In this document: positions 1 through 12,116 of the stretch, in pieces | Layout of the letters: every line of letters begins with the position of its first letter | How positions within the stretch are numbered: position 1 is the first letter of the stretch | From: an uncultured bacterium | GTDB lineage: Bacteria; Verrucomicrobiota; Verrucomicrobiia; Limisphaerales; UBA8199 | Direction of reading: 5' to 3' | DNA length: 46,283 bases | Assembly: GCA_963749495.1 (NCBI GenBank) | Contig: CAVVMW010000026.1 | Coordinates: 1 to 46,283 of the forward strand | Notes under the pieces: model-generated | What the model was told of the DNA's origin: nothing | Databases searched by the model: none | The model's input: only the letters and a program-made list of their open reading frames with translations | Translations under genes and position numbers: made by a program

Positions 1-984
1 ATGGTTTTCATCATTGGGAGATTGCCAACGAGCCTTACTCCTCGTTGTGGGGCGAAGGCCAGGCGTTCCCGACAGCGGAAGCGTTCATCAGCCACTTCAA
101 GGCCGTGAGCGCAGCCATTCGCCAGGCCGACCCGCAGGCCCGGATCGGCGTGGACATCTACCCGGAGCACCTGCGCTGGGGCAACTACCTGCTCAAGCAA
201 CTGGTCGGCCAATGTGATTTCGTGGCTCCGCACTATTATTGCGGCGCCAACGTCCACAAGCTGAGCTTCGAGGAGGTCACCCTCACCGAGAACTACCGGA
301 TGCTCGACCGGGCCTTGAGAATCCAGGCCCTGCTGCGCGCGTATAATGCAGGCCGCCAGGCTTATCAATACGACACCGAATGGGGCATGATTTGCGGCGC
401 CCCGGACGGGAAGCCCGCGGACTATGAAGACCGCAACGCGAACATCATCGGGACGGTGCATCGGGCGGTGCGGCTGATTTACTACGCGCGCGAGGGCATC
501 CTGCGTGGCGCCGACGATTGGCAGATGCTCAGCGCGCTCAATGGCCAGGGCTTCGGCATCTACTCGCAGCAGGCCCCGGAGCAGCGGTTCCTGCTCTATT
601 GGCTCTATTACTACTTCAACCGCCACGTGGGCGAATGGGCGCTGCGGACCAAGAGCAGGCCTTCCACCCGCCACGGCAGGGGTTCGAGGCATTCGCGGGT
701 GGTCACGCCGGTGCCGCGGCCTGAACCGGGACGGGCGCTGAATCTACCTGGTCATCGCCAACGGTTCCTGGACGCGGGCCGTCCCCTGCCGCGTGAAGCC
801 GGAAGGTTCGGTGCGGACCGTGCTGGGGGCATTGTCATTACAAGTAGAGAGTTCGATCGCAAACCACTCTGCAGAGGAAGGAAGACGCGGTTTCCAACTT
901 CCCGGTGAGCGTGGCTGGGAATAAACCAACTGCACCAATTAGCCACATGCCATTGTTTTTGTAAACGGTGGCGGCTCACAATAA
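1..984 (+). CDS. Clan GH-A glycoside hydrolase (GH39/GH79-like), 5'-partial, frameshifted near C-terminus
   Basis: Frame from base 3 reads HHWEIANEPYS (NEP acid/base motif) and later YQYDTEWG (nucleophile-like Glu). The reading frame breaks down after about 650; the end point is approximate. Confidence 0.6.
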
Positions 985-1007
985 CATAAGGGTATGAATA
1001 CATACAC

Positions 1008-4000
1008 ATGAACAAAAGAGAACAAAGGAAACGAACGTCTGAGACCTTCCCCGGCTCTGCGTTCTGCTGGCCGGTCTTGCCCTGGGCAATGCCGCGAGCG
1101 GCGGATCGCGCGTGCTGCCCTCTGTCGAAAGCGACGACCTACGCAGATGGACGGCCCGCAGCAAAATGGCGGCTCGAAGCCGGGGACAAGGGCGTCGTGC
1201 TCCAGTGCACCGCGGCCAGAGCATTGCGATGCTTTGCCGGGACCGCGACGTTTGGGTGTGGCGCCATGCCGACATTTACTACATACATTACAATGGCGCC
1301 GGTCCAAAGGGCTGGCTGGCCTGCTTCGCCACCACCGGGACCTGGTCATTGGACGACCAAAGGCCCGGTGCTGGATATTTGGCAAAGCCGGGAGGATAAC
1401 TCGGCCTCGGGCCTACTACAGCGTAACGTATTTCGATGGCCGGCAATGGCACATGTTTTACATGGGCACGCCCCATGTCACCCCTGCGCACCGATTTCAT
1501 CCCGGCCTTTCCCTCCTAACGATGAAGGCCTGCGCGCGGTCTCCGGAAGGCCCGTGGCAAAAGCAACCAGCGGTGACCCCTTTCCGCACCCGGCCGGGGA
1601 CTTACTACTCGGCGACCGCCAGCCCCGGCCAAGTGATCCGCCACGGCGACACCTGCCTGATGTTCTTCAGTGCCTCGACGGACCGCCCCATCAACCGCGC
1701 GCTCGGCCTGGCCCGGACGAAAAACCTGAACGGCTCCTGGACCGTTGGCACCGAACCCATCCTGCCGCCCGGGAGCAGGTGGAAAATACTTCGCTTTATT
1801 ACGACAGGAGACCAGACCGGGTTTTTGTTCACCAACCACGTCGGCGTCGAGGATGGCCTCGAGTTCGCCGACGCCATCTGGGTTTATTGGAGCCGGGACC
1901 TCTCCCGCTGGAACCGCGACCACAAGGCGGTCGTGCTCGACCGGAGGAACTGCCGATGGTCGAAGCCTATCATCGGCCTGCCCTCGGTGGTCAAAGCCGG
2001 CAACCGGCTGGCCATTTTCTACGACGGGAACGCGGCCGCCAAAATGCCGGGCGGGGTGAAGAGCCACATGGATCGCGATGTCGGCCTGGCGTGGCTGGAC
2101 CTGCCGCTTATCCCGCCGGCGATGGTCCGGCGGCCCTGAAAAAGGGTGACGTGGTTTACAAGGCCGATTTTGAAAACTCTAATGCGCTCAGCGGGTGGTC
2201 TGGCACGGCGGCGTTGGAACCAGGCTACGCCAGCCCGCAAGCGGTGGCTTTGGAAACCCAGGCCAATGCGTCCGGCGCCATCATTTCGAGGCGATTGCCG
2301 GTCGCAGCCTGCGCGGCTGCCGGATTCGCGGCTCGGTGATGGTGCGGGCGGAACACGTCAGTCCCAAGCCCAACCCCTGGAATGGCATCAAATTCATGCT
2401 CATCACCGAGAGCCCGGCGGGAAAGTCCTACCCGCAAGCAACCCTGGAAACCGGCACTTTCAACTGGCGGCGAGCCGCGTTCACCGCCTATGTGCCGGCC
2501 GACACCACGAACCTCACGCTCGTGCTGGGCCTCGAACGGGTCACCGGCAAGGTCTGGTTCGACAACCTCAAAGTCACCGTGGCCAAGGCGCCGCGCACGT
2601 CCCACCAGAACCTACCGCCGGTCCGGTCTTCAAAGGCCACTCCTTGCCACGGCTGCGGGGCGCGATGGTCAGCCCGGCCATTGACCCCGAGAGCCTCCGC
2701 GTGTTCGGCCAGGACTGGAAGGCCAACTCATTCGCTTTCAACTCATCCGCTCTGGCCGAGCCGGCCAAACCACAACACCCGGCCAGTACGATGCCTGGCT
2801 GGAAGGCGAGTTGAAGAGGCTCGATGCCGTCCTGCCCTTGTGCGAGAAATATGGTGTCCTGGTGGTCGTGGACCTGCACTCTCCTCCGGGCGGCAAACCT
2901 ACGGCCGGCGGGTATTTCGGCTCGGACGGCGGATTGTTCAGCGACCGGCAGGCCCAGGGAAAGTTCGTTGAGGTCTGGCGCCACATCGCCACTCGATATA
3001 AGGACGTCAAGGCGATTTGGGGCTACGACTTGGCCAATGAACCGGTGGAGGACGAGGTCGCGGACGATTGTGACGACTGGCAGGCGCTGGCCGAACGGGC
3101 TGCCCGCGCCATCCGCGCCATCGATCCCGATCGGGCCATCATCGTCGAGCCCGCTCAATGGGGCAGCCCCGAGGGCTTGAACGAGTTGGTCCCCATCCCC
3201 GTCCCGAACGTGGTCTATAGCGTCCACATGTACCTGCCGCACGCCTTCACCCACCAGGGCGTGTTTGGTTCGGACCGGCCTATCGCTATCCCGGCCTGAT
3301 CGAGGGCAAACAGTGGGACAAGGCCCAACTCGAACGGGCGCTCCAGCCGGTGATCGCCTTTCAGGAGCGCTACCATGTTCACATCTATATCGGGGAGTTC
3401 AGCGCCATCCGCTGGGCGCCCGACAACAGCGCAGACCGGTACCTGAGGGACCTCATTGACATCTTCGAGGCCCATGGATGGGACTGGAGCTATCACGCGT
3501 TCCGGGAATGGAGCGGCTGGAGCGTCGAGCACGGCTCGGACCGGCAGGACACCGGCCGACCGCCTCGCCCACCGACCGGCAGCAGCTCTTGTGCGATTGG
3601 TTCGCCCGGAACCAAAAGCCCGGCGGATGGCCGGCCGTCGATTCCAGGGTGGCTTGGGAGGTGGATTGGGAGACCGTCGCCAGGTGGTCGGCGCCTTATC
3701 GCGGCTGGCATTACCGGCCGGAGCACGTCATCCCGGCCGAACCGAACATTCCCGGGTACGAGAAATTCCACAACACGGATTGCCCCTGCGTCTATCAACT
3801 GCCCGGCCAAGCCGGACAAGTGGTTCATGAGCTTCATTGCCTTCAATGGCCAGGGCTACAACTCGTTCGTCGCCGAAAGCACGAACCTGGTCCATTGGAC
3901 GCATCCCCGGCTGGCCATGGGCTTCGGTCCGCCGGGCGAGTTCGATTTCGGCGGCTGCGTCATCGGCGCCTTCCTTTACGAGTCCTACGACATCAAGGCC

Positions 4001-4661
4001 CCGCGCCTGCTCAAGCGGCGTGACGGCAAGTACTGGACGCTCTACGGGTGTTACCCGCGCCAGGGCGGCTACGAGCTGCGCCCCGGCTACGAAGGCGTGG
4101 CCTGCAGCGACGACGGCCTGACCTGGCGCCGGGCCAAGAACGCCCCGATCCTGGCCGTTCAGGACCCCGACTGCGGGGCATGGGAAAAGGACTGCATTTA
4201 CCAGCCCTGGCTGGTCGAGCATCGCGGCCGGTTCTTCGACTTCTACAACGCGGCCAACGGCGGCACCGAGCAGACCGGCCTGGCCTTTTCCACCGACCTG
4301 CTGCAACTGGATGCGGTATCCGGCCAACCCGGTGATCCGCAACCGCCAGGGCGGCTACGATGCGCAATTTGCCTCCGATCCCAAGGTGTTCCGCGACGGC
4401 GACCACTGGACGATGTTCTACTTCGGCGTGGGCCGGGGCGGCGCGCACATCATGGCGGCCTTCTCGCGCGACCTGGTCCATTGGACGGCGCATCCGGAAC
4501 CGCTCTACAAGGCCGGCGGCAATCCCAGCGGCCTGGACAAGCAATACGCCCACAAGATCTCGCTGGTCTACAACCCGAAGAACGAGACGTTCTATCTTTA
4601 CTACTGCGCCTGCGGCAACAAAGGCCGCGGCATCGGGCTGATCACCAGCAAGCCGCTATAA
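1008..4661 (+). CDS. Multimodular CAZyme: five-bladed beta-propeller GH (GH43/32/130-like) + CBM-like + GH5 + second beta-propeller GH; multiple frameshifts
   Basis: Stitched from successive ORFs. Propeller 1: RDVWVW, WHMFYMG, IGLPSVVK. CBM-like: KVWFDNLKV. GH5: VVDLHSPPG, GYDLANEP, YSVHMY, IYIGEF, WSYHAFREW. Propeller 2: CIYQPW, ASDPKVF. Stop at 4661. Confidence 0.65.
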
Positions 4662-4700
4662 GCTGCCAGCACACACCTATGAGCACGAAGACTCAGGTCA

Positions 4701-4868
4701 CAACAGCAGGAAACGAAGGAAACGAAGAGAGGAGTTGGTCCGAAGGCGCTTGCATTCCCCGCGCGCCCGCTCTCTGGGCAGTGGCCGACCTGGGAGGGGA
4801 TTCCAACTCGGCGCCTGCTCCTCAATTCGGTCTGCATCTGCTTCGTTTCCTTTGTTCTCTTCTGTTCA
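4701..4868. repeat. REP-like imperfect palindrome (AACAG..GAAACGAAGGAAACGAAG / CTTCGTTTCCTTTGTTCTCTTCTGTT)
   Basis: Inverted arms at about 4702-4728 and 4841-4868. The right arm is the near-perfect reverse complement of 1009-1035. A related palindrome lies at about 8567-8635. Confidence 0.6.
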
Positions 4869-4869
4869 G

Positions 4870-7800
4870 GTGAGCTTCTGTTGTGTGGTTGGGCTGGCGG
4901 CGGTGCTATTTGCGGCCTCCGTGTCCGCCTCACCCCACAACCCGGACACTGGCGGCGGTGCTATTTGCGGCCTCCGTGTCCGCCTCACCCCACAACCCGG
5001 ACACGGACTGGTTCCATGACGCGGGCTGGGGCGTGTTTGTCCATTACCTCTGGGACGTGCAGAATGTCGGCGGGCGCGAAAACACGCAGGGCAAGCCGCC
5101 CACCACCTGGGACGCCCTGGTGCGCGAGTTCGACACCGAGAGGTTTGCCGAGCAAGTCCAGGAGACCGGCGCGCCCTACGTGTTCTTCACCATGATGCAG
5201 CGCACGCGTTACCTCATCGCGCCCAACGCCACCTACGACCGGCTCACCGGCTACAAACCGGGGGAGGCCTGCTCGACCCGCAACCTGGTGGCCGACCTTT
5301 ACCGCTCGCTGGAGAAGCGCGGCATCAAGCTCATGCTCTATTGGACCGGCGACGGCCCGCGCGAGGACGCCCAGGCCGCCCAGGGCCTCGGCGGCTGGAC
5401 CGGCCAAGTCAGCGACCAATACGTCCAGAACTGGGCTGCCGTGGCCGCCGAATACAGCCGGCGCTACGGCAACAAGGTCAAAGGCTGGTGGGTGAATGGC
5501 TGTTACGCGCACATCGGTTATAACGAGACCCGCTGGCGCATCCTTTCACAGGGCGTCAAGGCCGGCAACCGGCACGCCATCATCGCGCTCAACAACCCCG
5601 CCATGGCCTACGCCAACTCCTCGACCGATTATGACGACTTCACCACGGGCGAGGTCAATGCGTTCACCGACATCCCCGAGGAGCGCTGGCGCGACGGCAA
5701 GCAGTTCCACGTCCTGTCCTATCTGGGCCGGGACTGGGCCGGCCGGGCTGCCGCTACGACCTGGCCTTCCTCGCCGGCTATGTCTCGCAGGTCAACGAGG
5801 CCGGCGGCGTGGTGACGATAGACATCGCTCTCTTCCGCGACGGTTCGCTGGACCCAAGCCAGGTCAAGCTCTTGAGTCGGCTCCGTCCGGCGATCCAGGA
5901 ACTGACGGCGAAGCACAAGATTCGCTCGCCCATTCCTCCGGGCAATCTCGCCTACCGGAAGCCGGCCAAGCTCCTTTCACTCGACGGCACGCGCACCCTC
6001 CCGCCCAACGGCGGCGGCGGGCGCCTGCACCTGGCTCGGTGCGGTGTGGATGGCGACCCGGCCACCGATGCCCAGGCCAGTGCCGAATGGCCCTGGACTT
6101 ACGAAGTGGATCTGACTGAACCGGCCGCGATGCGGCGCATTGTCATCACGTTCGGCAAGAACTTCGCCACCCGTTTCCAAGTCCAGCTTTCACTGGACCA
6201 CTCGGCTTGGACGACGGTAGCCGAGGTGAAAGACCACGACGGCGCCAAGTGGGAAAACAGCTTCCCGCCAGTGTCCGCGCGCTACGTCCGCGTCCGCGCC
6301 CTCAAGCCCGACGGTGATCATCAGAAAGGCGGCCAGATGAGCGTGGCAGAACTGGAGGTTTACGCAACCGAAGGCGCCTTCTCCGCCGCCAACGCGCTCC
6401 AGCGCTTGGGCGCGTTGAAGGCGGGCCTGCCCGCGCTGAAGGCGGACTTGCAGGCGGTCAAGTTGCGGGGGCAGGACCCCTCGTATCCCGCCATTGCGGC
6501 CACCGTGCTGGAGGACTTCATCGGCTATGCCGAGGAGGACGCGCGGCGCGGAGAGGTCCGCCGTTCCCTCGAGCAGGTCGGCGACCTGGAACGGATGGCA
6601 GCGCGGCTACGCGGCGAAGTCAAAGAGGCCTTGGCCGGGCTCCGGCAGTTCCCCGCCGTCCCGCGTTGGACCGGCGACCAGCGGCCAGTCATCAGGGGCA
6701 GTTCCTTTTTGGCTCCGGTCCGCCTGCCCGGCGGCACCCCGCAGGAACGGCCGGTGTTCTTCACCGGCTATGGGCACTTCGGCCAGGTCGTCTCGGACAT
6801 GGAGAAATGGCCGGACTACGGGGTGAACATCATCCAGATTGAACTCGGTCCGAGCCGGGTTTTCCCAAGCGAAGGCCGCACCGACGAGGCCCCCGTGCGC
6901 GAACTCTCGCGGGTGCTGGACCGCGCGCAGAAATCGGGCGTGGCCGTCTGCCTGCTGATCAGCCCGCATTATATGCCGGGCTGGGCGTTGGAAAAATGGC
7001 CGCAGTTGCGTGTCCACCGCGAAGGGTTCCTGCAATACTGCCTGCACGCACGGGAAGGCCGGGAGTTGCTGCAACAGTTCGTCCGCGCGGCGCTGGCGCC
7101 GATCAAAGACCATCCCGCGCTCCATAGCATCTGTCTCTCGAATGAGCCGGTGAACGAGGAGGAACCCTGCGAACCGGGCCGGCAACGGTGGCGGACCTGG
7201 CTCGAAAAGCGCCATGGGACCATCGCCAGGTTGAATGCCCTGTGCGGGTCCAACTTTGCCGCGTTTGCCGCGGTGCCGTTGCCCAATCCGTTCGGCCCGC
7301 GCCCGGCGCCGGCCCTCTGGATGGATTACATCCGCTTCAACCAGGAGTTTTTCGCGGACTGGCACCGTATGCTGGCCGACGCCGTGCACGAGGTGGCGCC
7401 GCGCTTGCCCGTTCACACTAAAGCCATGACCTGGACCCTGATCAACAATGGAGACATCAAATACGGCGTCGATGCCACCTTGTTCGCCCGCTTCAGCGAC
7501 ATCAATGGCAACGACTCGGTGAACTTTTACGATTTCGGCGACGGCGAGTTCGCCCAAGGCTGGCAACTCAACGCCATGGGGCATGACTTGCAGCGGTCGG
7601 TCCTGGACGCGCCGGTGTTCAATACCGAGAACCATCTCATTGAGGACCGCGACACGCGCTACGTGCCGGCCGCGCACGTCCGGGCCGCGTTGTGGCAGGC
7701 GGCGGTCCATGGCCAGAGCGCCACGGCCATCTGGGTGTGGGAGCGGACCTTCGATCCCAAGAGCGACTTTGCCGGCAGCATCATGCACCGCCCCGCCTGC

Positions 7801-8511
7801 GCGGAGGCCGTGGGCATCGTCAATTATGACCTCAACCGTGCCGCGCTGGAGGTCACGGCCCTCCAGCAGGCCCCGGCGCAGGCGCTGGTGCTGCAGAGCA
7901 TGACCGCCTCCGTATGGGATGGCGGAGGTTATAGCGACTGTCTCCGGAAGCTTTACGCGGCACTGTCCTTCACCGGGCTGAAACTCGGGTTTGTTACGGA
8001 ACGCCAATTGGAGACCGGTTTCGTCCCGCAGGCGCAGGTGGTTTTTGTGCCCGGGGTCGTCCATCTCTCCGGCGCAGCCTTGGCCGCCCTGCGGCAGTTC
8101 AAGGGGCGCGTGGTGCTGGTCGGCGGCGACGATGTGCTGACTCGGGACGAGTACGGGCGCGAGAGACGACCAGAGCTGGCAACCGTTGACAAGCTTCCTT
8201 TCCGTCACGGCTCCACTTCATCCCGGAACCTGCACGAACAAGTCCTGGCGAAGCTTCCCGCGTGGGACCTGCATCCCACACTGGAGTTGCGCGAGGCCGG
8301 GCAGCAGCCCGCCTGGGGCGTGGAATGGCGGAGCACCGAAATGGCTCAAGGGACCGTGGTGAACCTCTGCAGCTACCGAAGGGAGCCGGTGACGGTAGTC
8401 CTGGTGCGTGGAGGCCAGCCCACGGCGGCACAGGAAGTCTTGACCGGCAGGCCGGTGGACGGTCCGCTCGTCCTTGCGCCCCTCGAGGTGCGGTTGCTCA
8501 AACTCCGGTGA
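4870..8511 (+). CDS. GH29-like (alpha-L-fucosidase fold) + F5/8 type C (discoidin) + GH42-like beta-galactosidase fusion; frameshifts at about 4950 and 5745
   Basis: GH29-like: WFHDAGWGVFVHYL, KGWWVNGC. F5/8: ARYVRVRALK...SVAELEVY. GH42-like: ICLSNEP, WLEKRHGTIARLN, VFNTENH, then a trimerisation-like tail. Start position uncertain. Confidence 0.7.
4894..5003 (+). repeat. Exact 55-bp tandem duplication
   Basis: CTGGCGGCGGTGCTATTTGCGGCCTCCGTGTCCGCCTCACCCCACAACCCGGACA occurs at 4894-4948 and 4949-5003. Confidence 0.95.
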
Positions 8512-8525
8512 GGAGGGCAGAGTGA

Positions 8526-8849
<324 letters not shown>

Positions 8850-8917
8850 ATTCCCCAACGCGGGGGCAGAAAGACTGCCCTGTTGACGCGCCCCGTTCAA
8901 CCTGCGATTCTTGATCC

Positions 8918-9241
8918 GTGCCTGTCGAACTGACATATCCACACATCGTGAAAGAGCCGGGCCAGCCGGCGCGGTTGGAGCGGCAGCCGAGGACACGCGT
9001 CTCCATGATTGTCCGTGACCATCAGGAAGGCGGCCTGTCGGTGGAGGGGATCGTCCGCCAGTACCCTTACCTGACTCGGGCGGAAGTTCACGCTGCTTTG
9101 GCGTATTACTTTGATCACCAGGACGAGATAGATCAGGAAATCAGCGAGGAGAACCGCCTGCTAGAGGAGGTGAGCCAGAAGAGCCAGCCACCCGTGGCAG
9201 AGAGGCTGCGTGCCCTAAAGAAGAGCTCGGGATGCCCGTAG
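8918..9241 (+). CDS. DUF433 family antitoxin
   Basis: YPHIVKEPG...RTRVSMIV...IVRQYPYLTRAEVHAALAYYFDHQDEID; overlaps the start of the downstream PIN gene. Confidence 0.85.
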   Translation: MPVELTYPHIVKEPGQPARLERQPRTRVSMIVRDHQEGGLSVEGIVRQYPYLTRAEVHAALAYYFDHQDEIDQEISEENRLLEEVSQKSQPPVAERLRALKKSSGCP

Positions 9242-9579
9242 CCTTCTATATGGACGTGCATGTGCCCGCAGCGATAACGGAACAGTTGCGGTTGCACGGC
9301 GTGCAAGTGCTTGCGGCCACCGAGGAGGGGACGAACAGGCTGCCGGATGATGAACTCCTCCAATTGGCAACGGACCTCGGCCGTGTTGTGGTCACTCAAG
9401 ATATCAGGTTCCGCGTGATGGCGGAAGAATGGCAGCGGCTGCAACGCCCGTTTGCGGGTCTCATTTTTGCGCGCCAGCGCCCAAACCAAGTCGGACTCTA
9501 CACTGCTGATTTGGAGCTAATTGCCAAGGTCTCTGGACCGGAGGAATGGAAAAACGTTGTGGCCCGTCTCCCGCTTTGA
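9232..9579 (+). CDS. DUF5615 PIN-like toxin (VapC45-type)
   Basis: FYMDVHVP, LPDDELL, RVVVTQDIRF and AGLIF motifs; paired with DUF433. Confidence 0.85.
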   Translation: MPVAFYMDVHVPAAITEQLRLHGVQVLAATEEGTNRLPDDELLQLATDLGRVVVTQDIRFRVMAEEWQRLQRPFAGLIFARQRPNQVGLYTADLELIAKVSGPEEWKNVVARLPL

Positions 9580-10865
9580 CCCAGAGACGATACACCTCGC
9601 GCATCCGAGCGGTCCTGCGGGTGCTGCTGGTCGCCGCCGGCCTGATTTGTTGGCAGTCCCTCGGGGCCACCGGTCGTCCTCAGGAGGTGCAGCCGACCAC
9701 CTTGCACGGTAAGGTCATGTGCGGTTACCAGGGCTGGTTCCGATGCCCGGGCAACGCCGCCGGCATGGGCTGGATTCATTGGAGTCACACGCCCAAGCGC
9801 GTCGCACCCGAGACCCTCTGCTTCGAGATGTGGCCCGACGTGAGCGAGTACGGCCCTCAGGAGCGCTTCATCGCGCCGGGCTTTACCCATTCCAATGGGG
9901 CTCCGGCCGAGCTTTTCAGCTCGGACAATCCCGCCACCGTGCAACGGCATTTCGAGTGGATGCGCGACTATGGCATCAACGGAGCGTGGATGCAGCACTT
10001 CCTGGTGGACTTGCCGGGCGGTCTGCAACCCCAGCACTATGCCTCCCGCATGCGGGTGCTGGCCTACGCCCGAGCCGCTGCCCGGAAGACCGGGCGCGTG
10101 TGGGCGCTCTCCTATGATATTGCCGCCATGCCCACGGAGCTTATTTACGATGTGCTGGTCAACGACTGGAAAAAGATGGTCGATGACCAATGGACAGCCG
10201 ATTCGCGCTACCTGCGCCAGAACGGCAAGCCAGTGGTCCAAGTCTGGGGCTTCTACTGGAACAATCCGCAGAACCGGATGACGGTGGACCTGGCGAACAA
10301 GCTCATCAACTTCTTCAAGGCGCCGGGGCGTTACTCGGCCTTTCTCGTGGGCGGGGGGAGCTGGGACTGGCGGCGCGTGCCCGACCCGGAGTGGCAGAAG
10401 TTCTACCGGCGCTTCGATGCCTACGGCCCGTGGAATGTGGGTAATTGGACGAAGGACGCCAAGGGCGAGGCCCACGCCTCCACGGGTTGGTGGGCGAACG
10501 ACAAGGAAGAATTCGAGCGTAGCGGCGGGCTTTGGATGCCGGTGGTCTATCCGGGGTTCAGTTGGGACAATCTGCAGCGCAAACCTCCCGGCACGACCCT
10601 GATCCCGCGCCGGGGCGGCCGGTTTCTATGGGAGCAGTTCCACGAGTTGAGCAAGCTGAGCGTGGATTGCGTCTATGTCGCGATGTTCGATGAGGTGGAT
10701 GAGGGCACGGCCATCTTCAAGGTGACGAGTTCGCCTCCGGTGCAGGGGCATTTTGTCGGGTTCGAGGGCTTGCCTTCGGATTGGTATCTGCGGCTGGTGG
10801 GGGAGGCGGCGAGCCGCCTGCGGCTGCGGCAGCCGATTCCCCTCGAAATCCCGATTAAACCGTGA
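9546..10865 (+). CDS. Secreted GH71/GH99-like glycoside hydrolase
   Basis: Hydrophobic signal, GKVMCGYQGWF, PVVYPGFSWDNL, YVAMFDEVDEGTAIFK. The true start is probably slightly downstream. Confidence 0.8.
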   Translation: MEKRCGPSPALTQRRYTSRIRAVLRVLLVAAGLICWQSLGATGRPQEVQPTTLHGKVMCGYQGWFRCPGNAAGMGWIHWSHTPKRVAPETLCFEMWPDVSEYGPQERFIAPGFTHSNGAPAELFSSDNPATVQRHFEWMRDYGINGAWMQHFLVDLPGGLQPQHYASRMRVLAYARAAARKTGRVWALSYDIAAMPTELIYDVLVNDWKKMVDDQWTADSRYLRQNGKPVVQVWGFYWNNPQNRMTVDLANKLINFFKAPGRYSAFLVGGGSWDWRRVPDPEWQKFYRRFDAYGPWNVGNWTKDAKGEAHASTGWWANDKEEFERSGGLWMPVVYPGFSWDNLQRKPPGTTLIPRRGGRFLWEQFHELSKLSVDCVYVAMFDEVDEGTAIFKVTSSPPVQGHFVGFEGLPSDWYLRLVGEAASRLRLRQPIPLEIPIKP

Positions 10866-10878
10866 TCGCGGTGAATGC

Positions 10879-11985
10879 ATGAAACAGCCGATCCCTTCCT
10901 TCATTCCGATCCGAGCGGCCGTGCTGTGCGAGCCGGGGACCCCGCTGAAGATCGAGTCCCTGGAAATGGAAGGCCCGCGTGAGGACGAACTCCTGATCCG
11001 CATCGCGGCGAGCGGCATCTGCCATACCGACATTGATTTCTGCGAGGGCGGCGTTCCCGGCCCGGTCGTGCTGGGACATGAGGGCGCCGGCGTGGTGGAG
11101 CGGGTTGGCCGGAAGGTGAAGGGATTCAGGCCCGGCGACCACGTGGTGCTCTCCTACCAATCCTGCGGCCAGTGCCGGCCCTGCCGACAGAGGCGTCCGG
11201 CCGATTGCTAGCGATTTTGGGAAGCCAACTTCGGGTTCGCACGTCTCGACGGGACCAACGCCCTCCAAAGGGGCGTGCGCGGTCACTTCTTCGGCCAGTC
11301 TTCGTTTGCCACGCACACCCTGGCGACGGCGCGCAACGTGGTGAAAGTGCCCCGAACGCTTCCACTGAGACTGCTGGCGCCCTTGGGTTGCGGCTTGCAA
11401 ACGGGCGCGGGCACTGTGATGAACTCTCTGCGAGTTCCGGCCGGAGCCAGCCTCGCCGTCTTTGGCGTCGGCTCGGTCGGTCTGGCTTCGGTGTTGGCCG
11501 CACGCATTGTCCGGGCCAAGACCATTATCGCGGTGGACATCCATAATCACCGGTTGAGACTGGCCCGGGAACTCGGTGCGACTCACTCCATCAACAACCG
11601 TTCCGGCAACCTCGGCCCGAGGATTGCAGCAATTACCGGAGGCGGTGTGGATTACGTGGTCGAGAGCAGCGCCGATGGCGCCATGGAGCGGCTTGCCGTT
11701 GAGCTGCTTAATCCCGGTGGCAAGGCGGCTTGGTTGAGCGGTGCGAGGGCTCCGGGCAGGCCCCCAGACGGCCGCCAGGTCTTAAGCGTCATCCAAGGCG
11801 ATGCGGTGCCCCAGAAGTTCATTCCAAGACTCATCAGGCTGTTCCGGAGCGGGCGGTTCCCTTTCGACCGGCTGGTGAGGTTTTACGACTTTGCCGAGAT
11901 CAGCCGGGCCATCGCCGACTCAAAGCGCGGCCAGACCATCAAGCCCGTGCTGTTGATTGGCCAGCGAACCGGCGACGGAAGCTAA
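10879..11985 (+). pseudogene. Zn-dependent (aryl-)alcohol dehydrogenase with one in-frame TAG at 11209-11211
   Basis: GICHTD, VLGHEGAGVV, SCGQCRPC...C*, FFGQSSFAT, LGCGLQTGAG, FGVGSVG. Both halves are in the same frame. Confidence 0.85.
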
Positions 11986-12116
11986 TGAGAGGGATCTGCC
12001 TGTTTCTCCGCTCGACAGCACCGCCTCCCATTTGGTGGAATGGGCGCCGGGCGCGGGATTGGGGCTCGAGTCCCCTTTATCGGCGTCTACGAGTGCGCAT
12101 TAACGGTTCGACTTTT

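Noticed and set aside
640..5750. Programmed frameshifting in the CAZyme genes
   Set aside because: The shifts are numerous and irregular, with no shared slippery motif; indel errors or decay are more plausible.
11209..11211. Pyrrolysine or genetic-code reassignment of TAG
   Set aside because: Single instance; TAG serves as a normal stop elsewhere (16689-16691) and no pyl genes are in the window.
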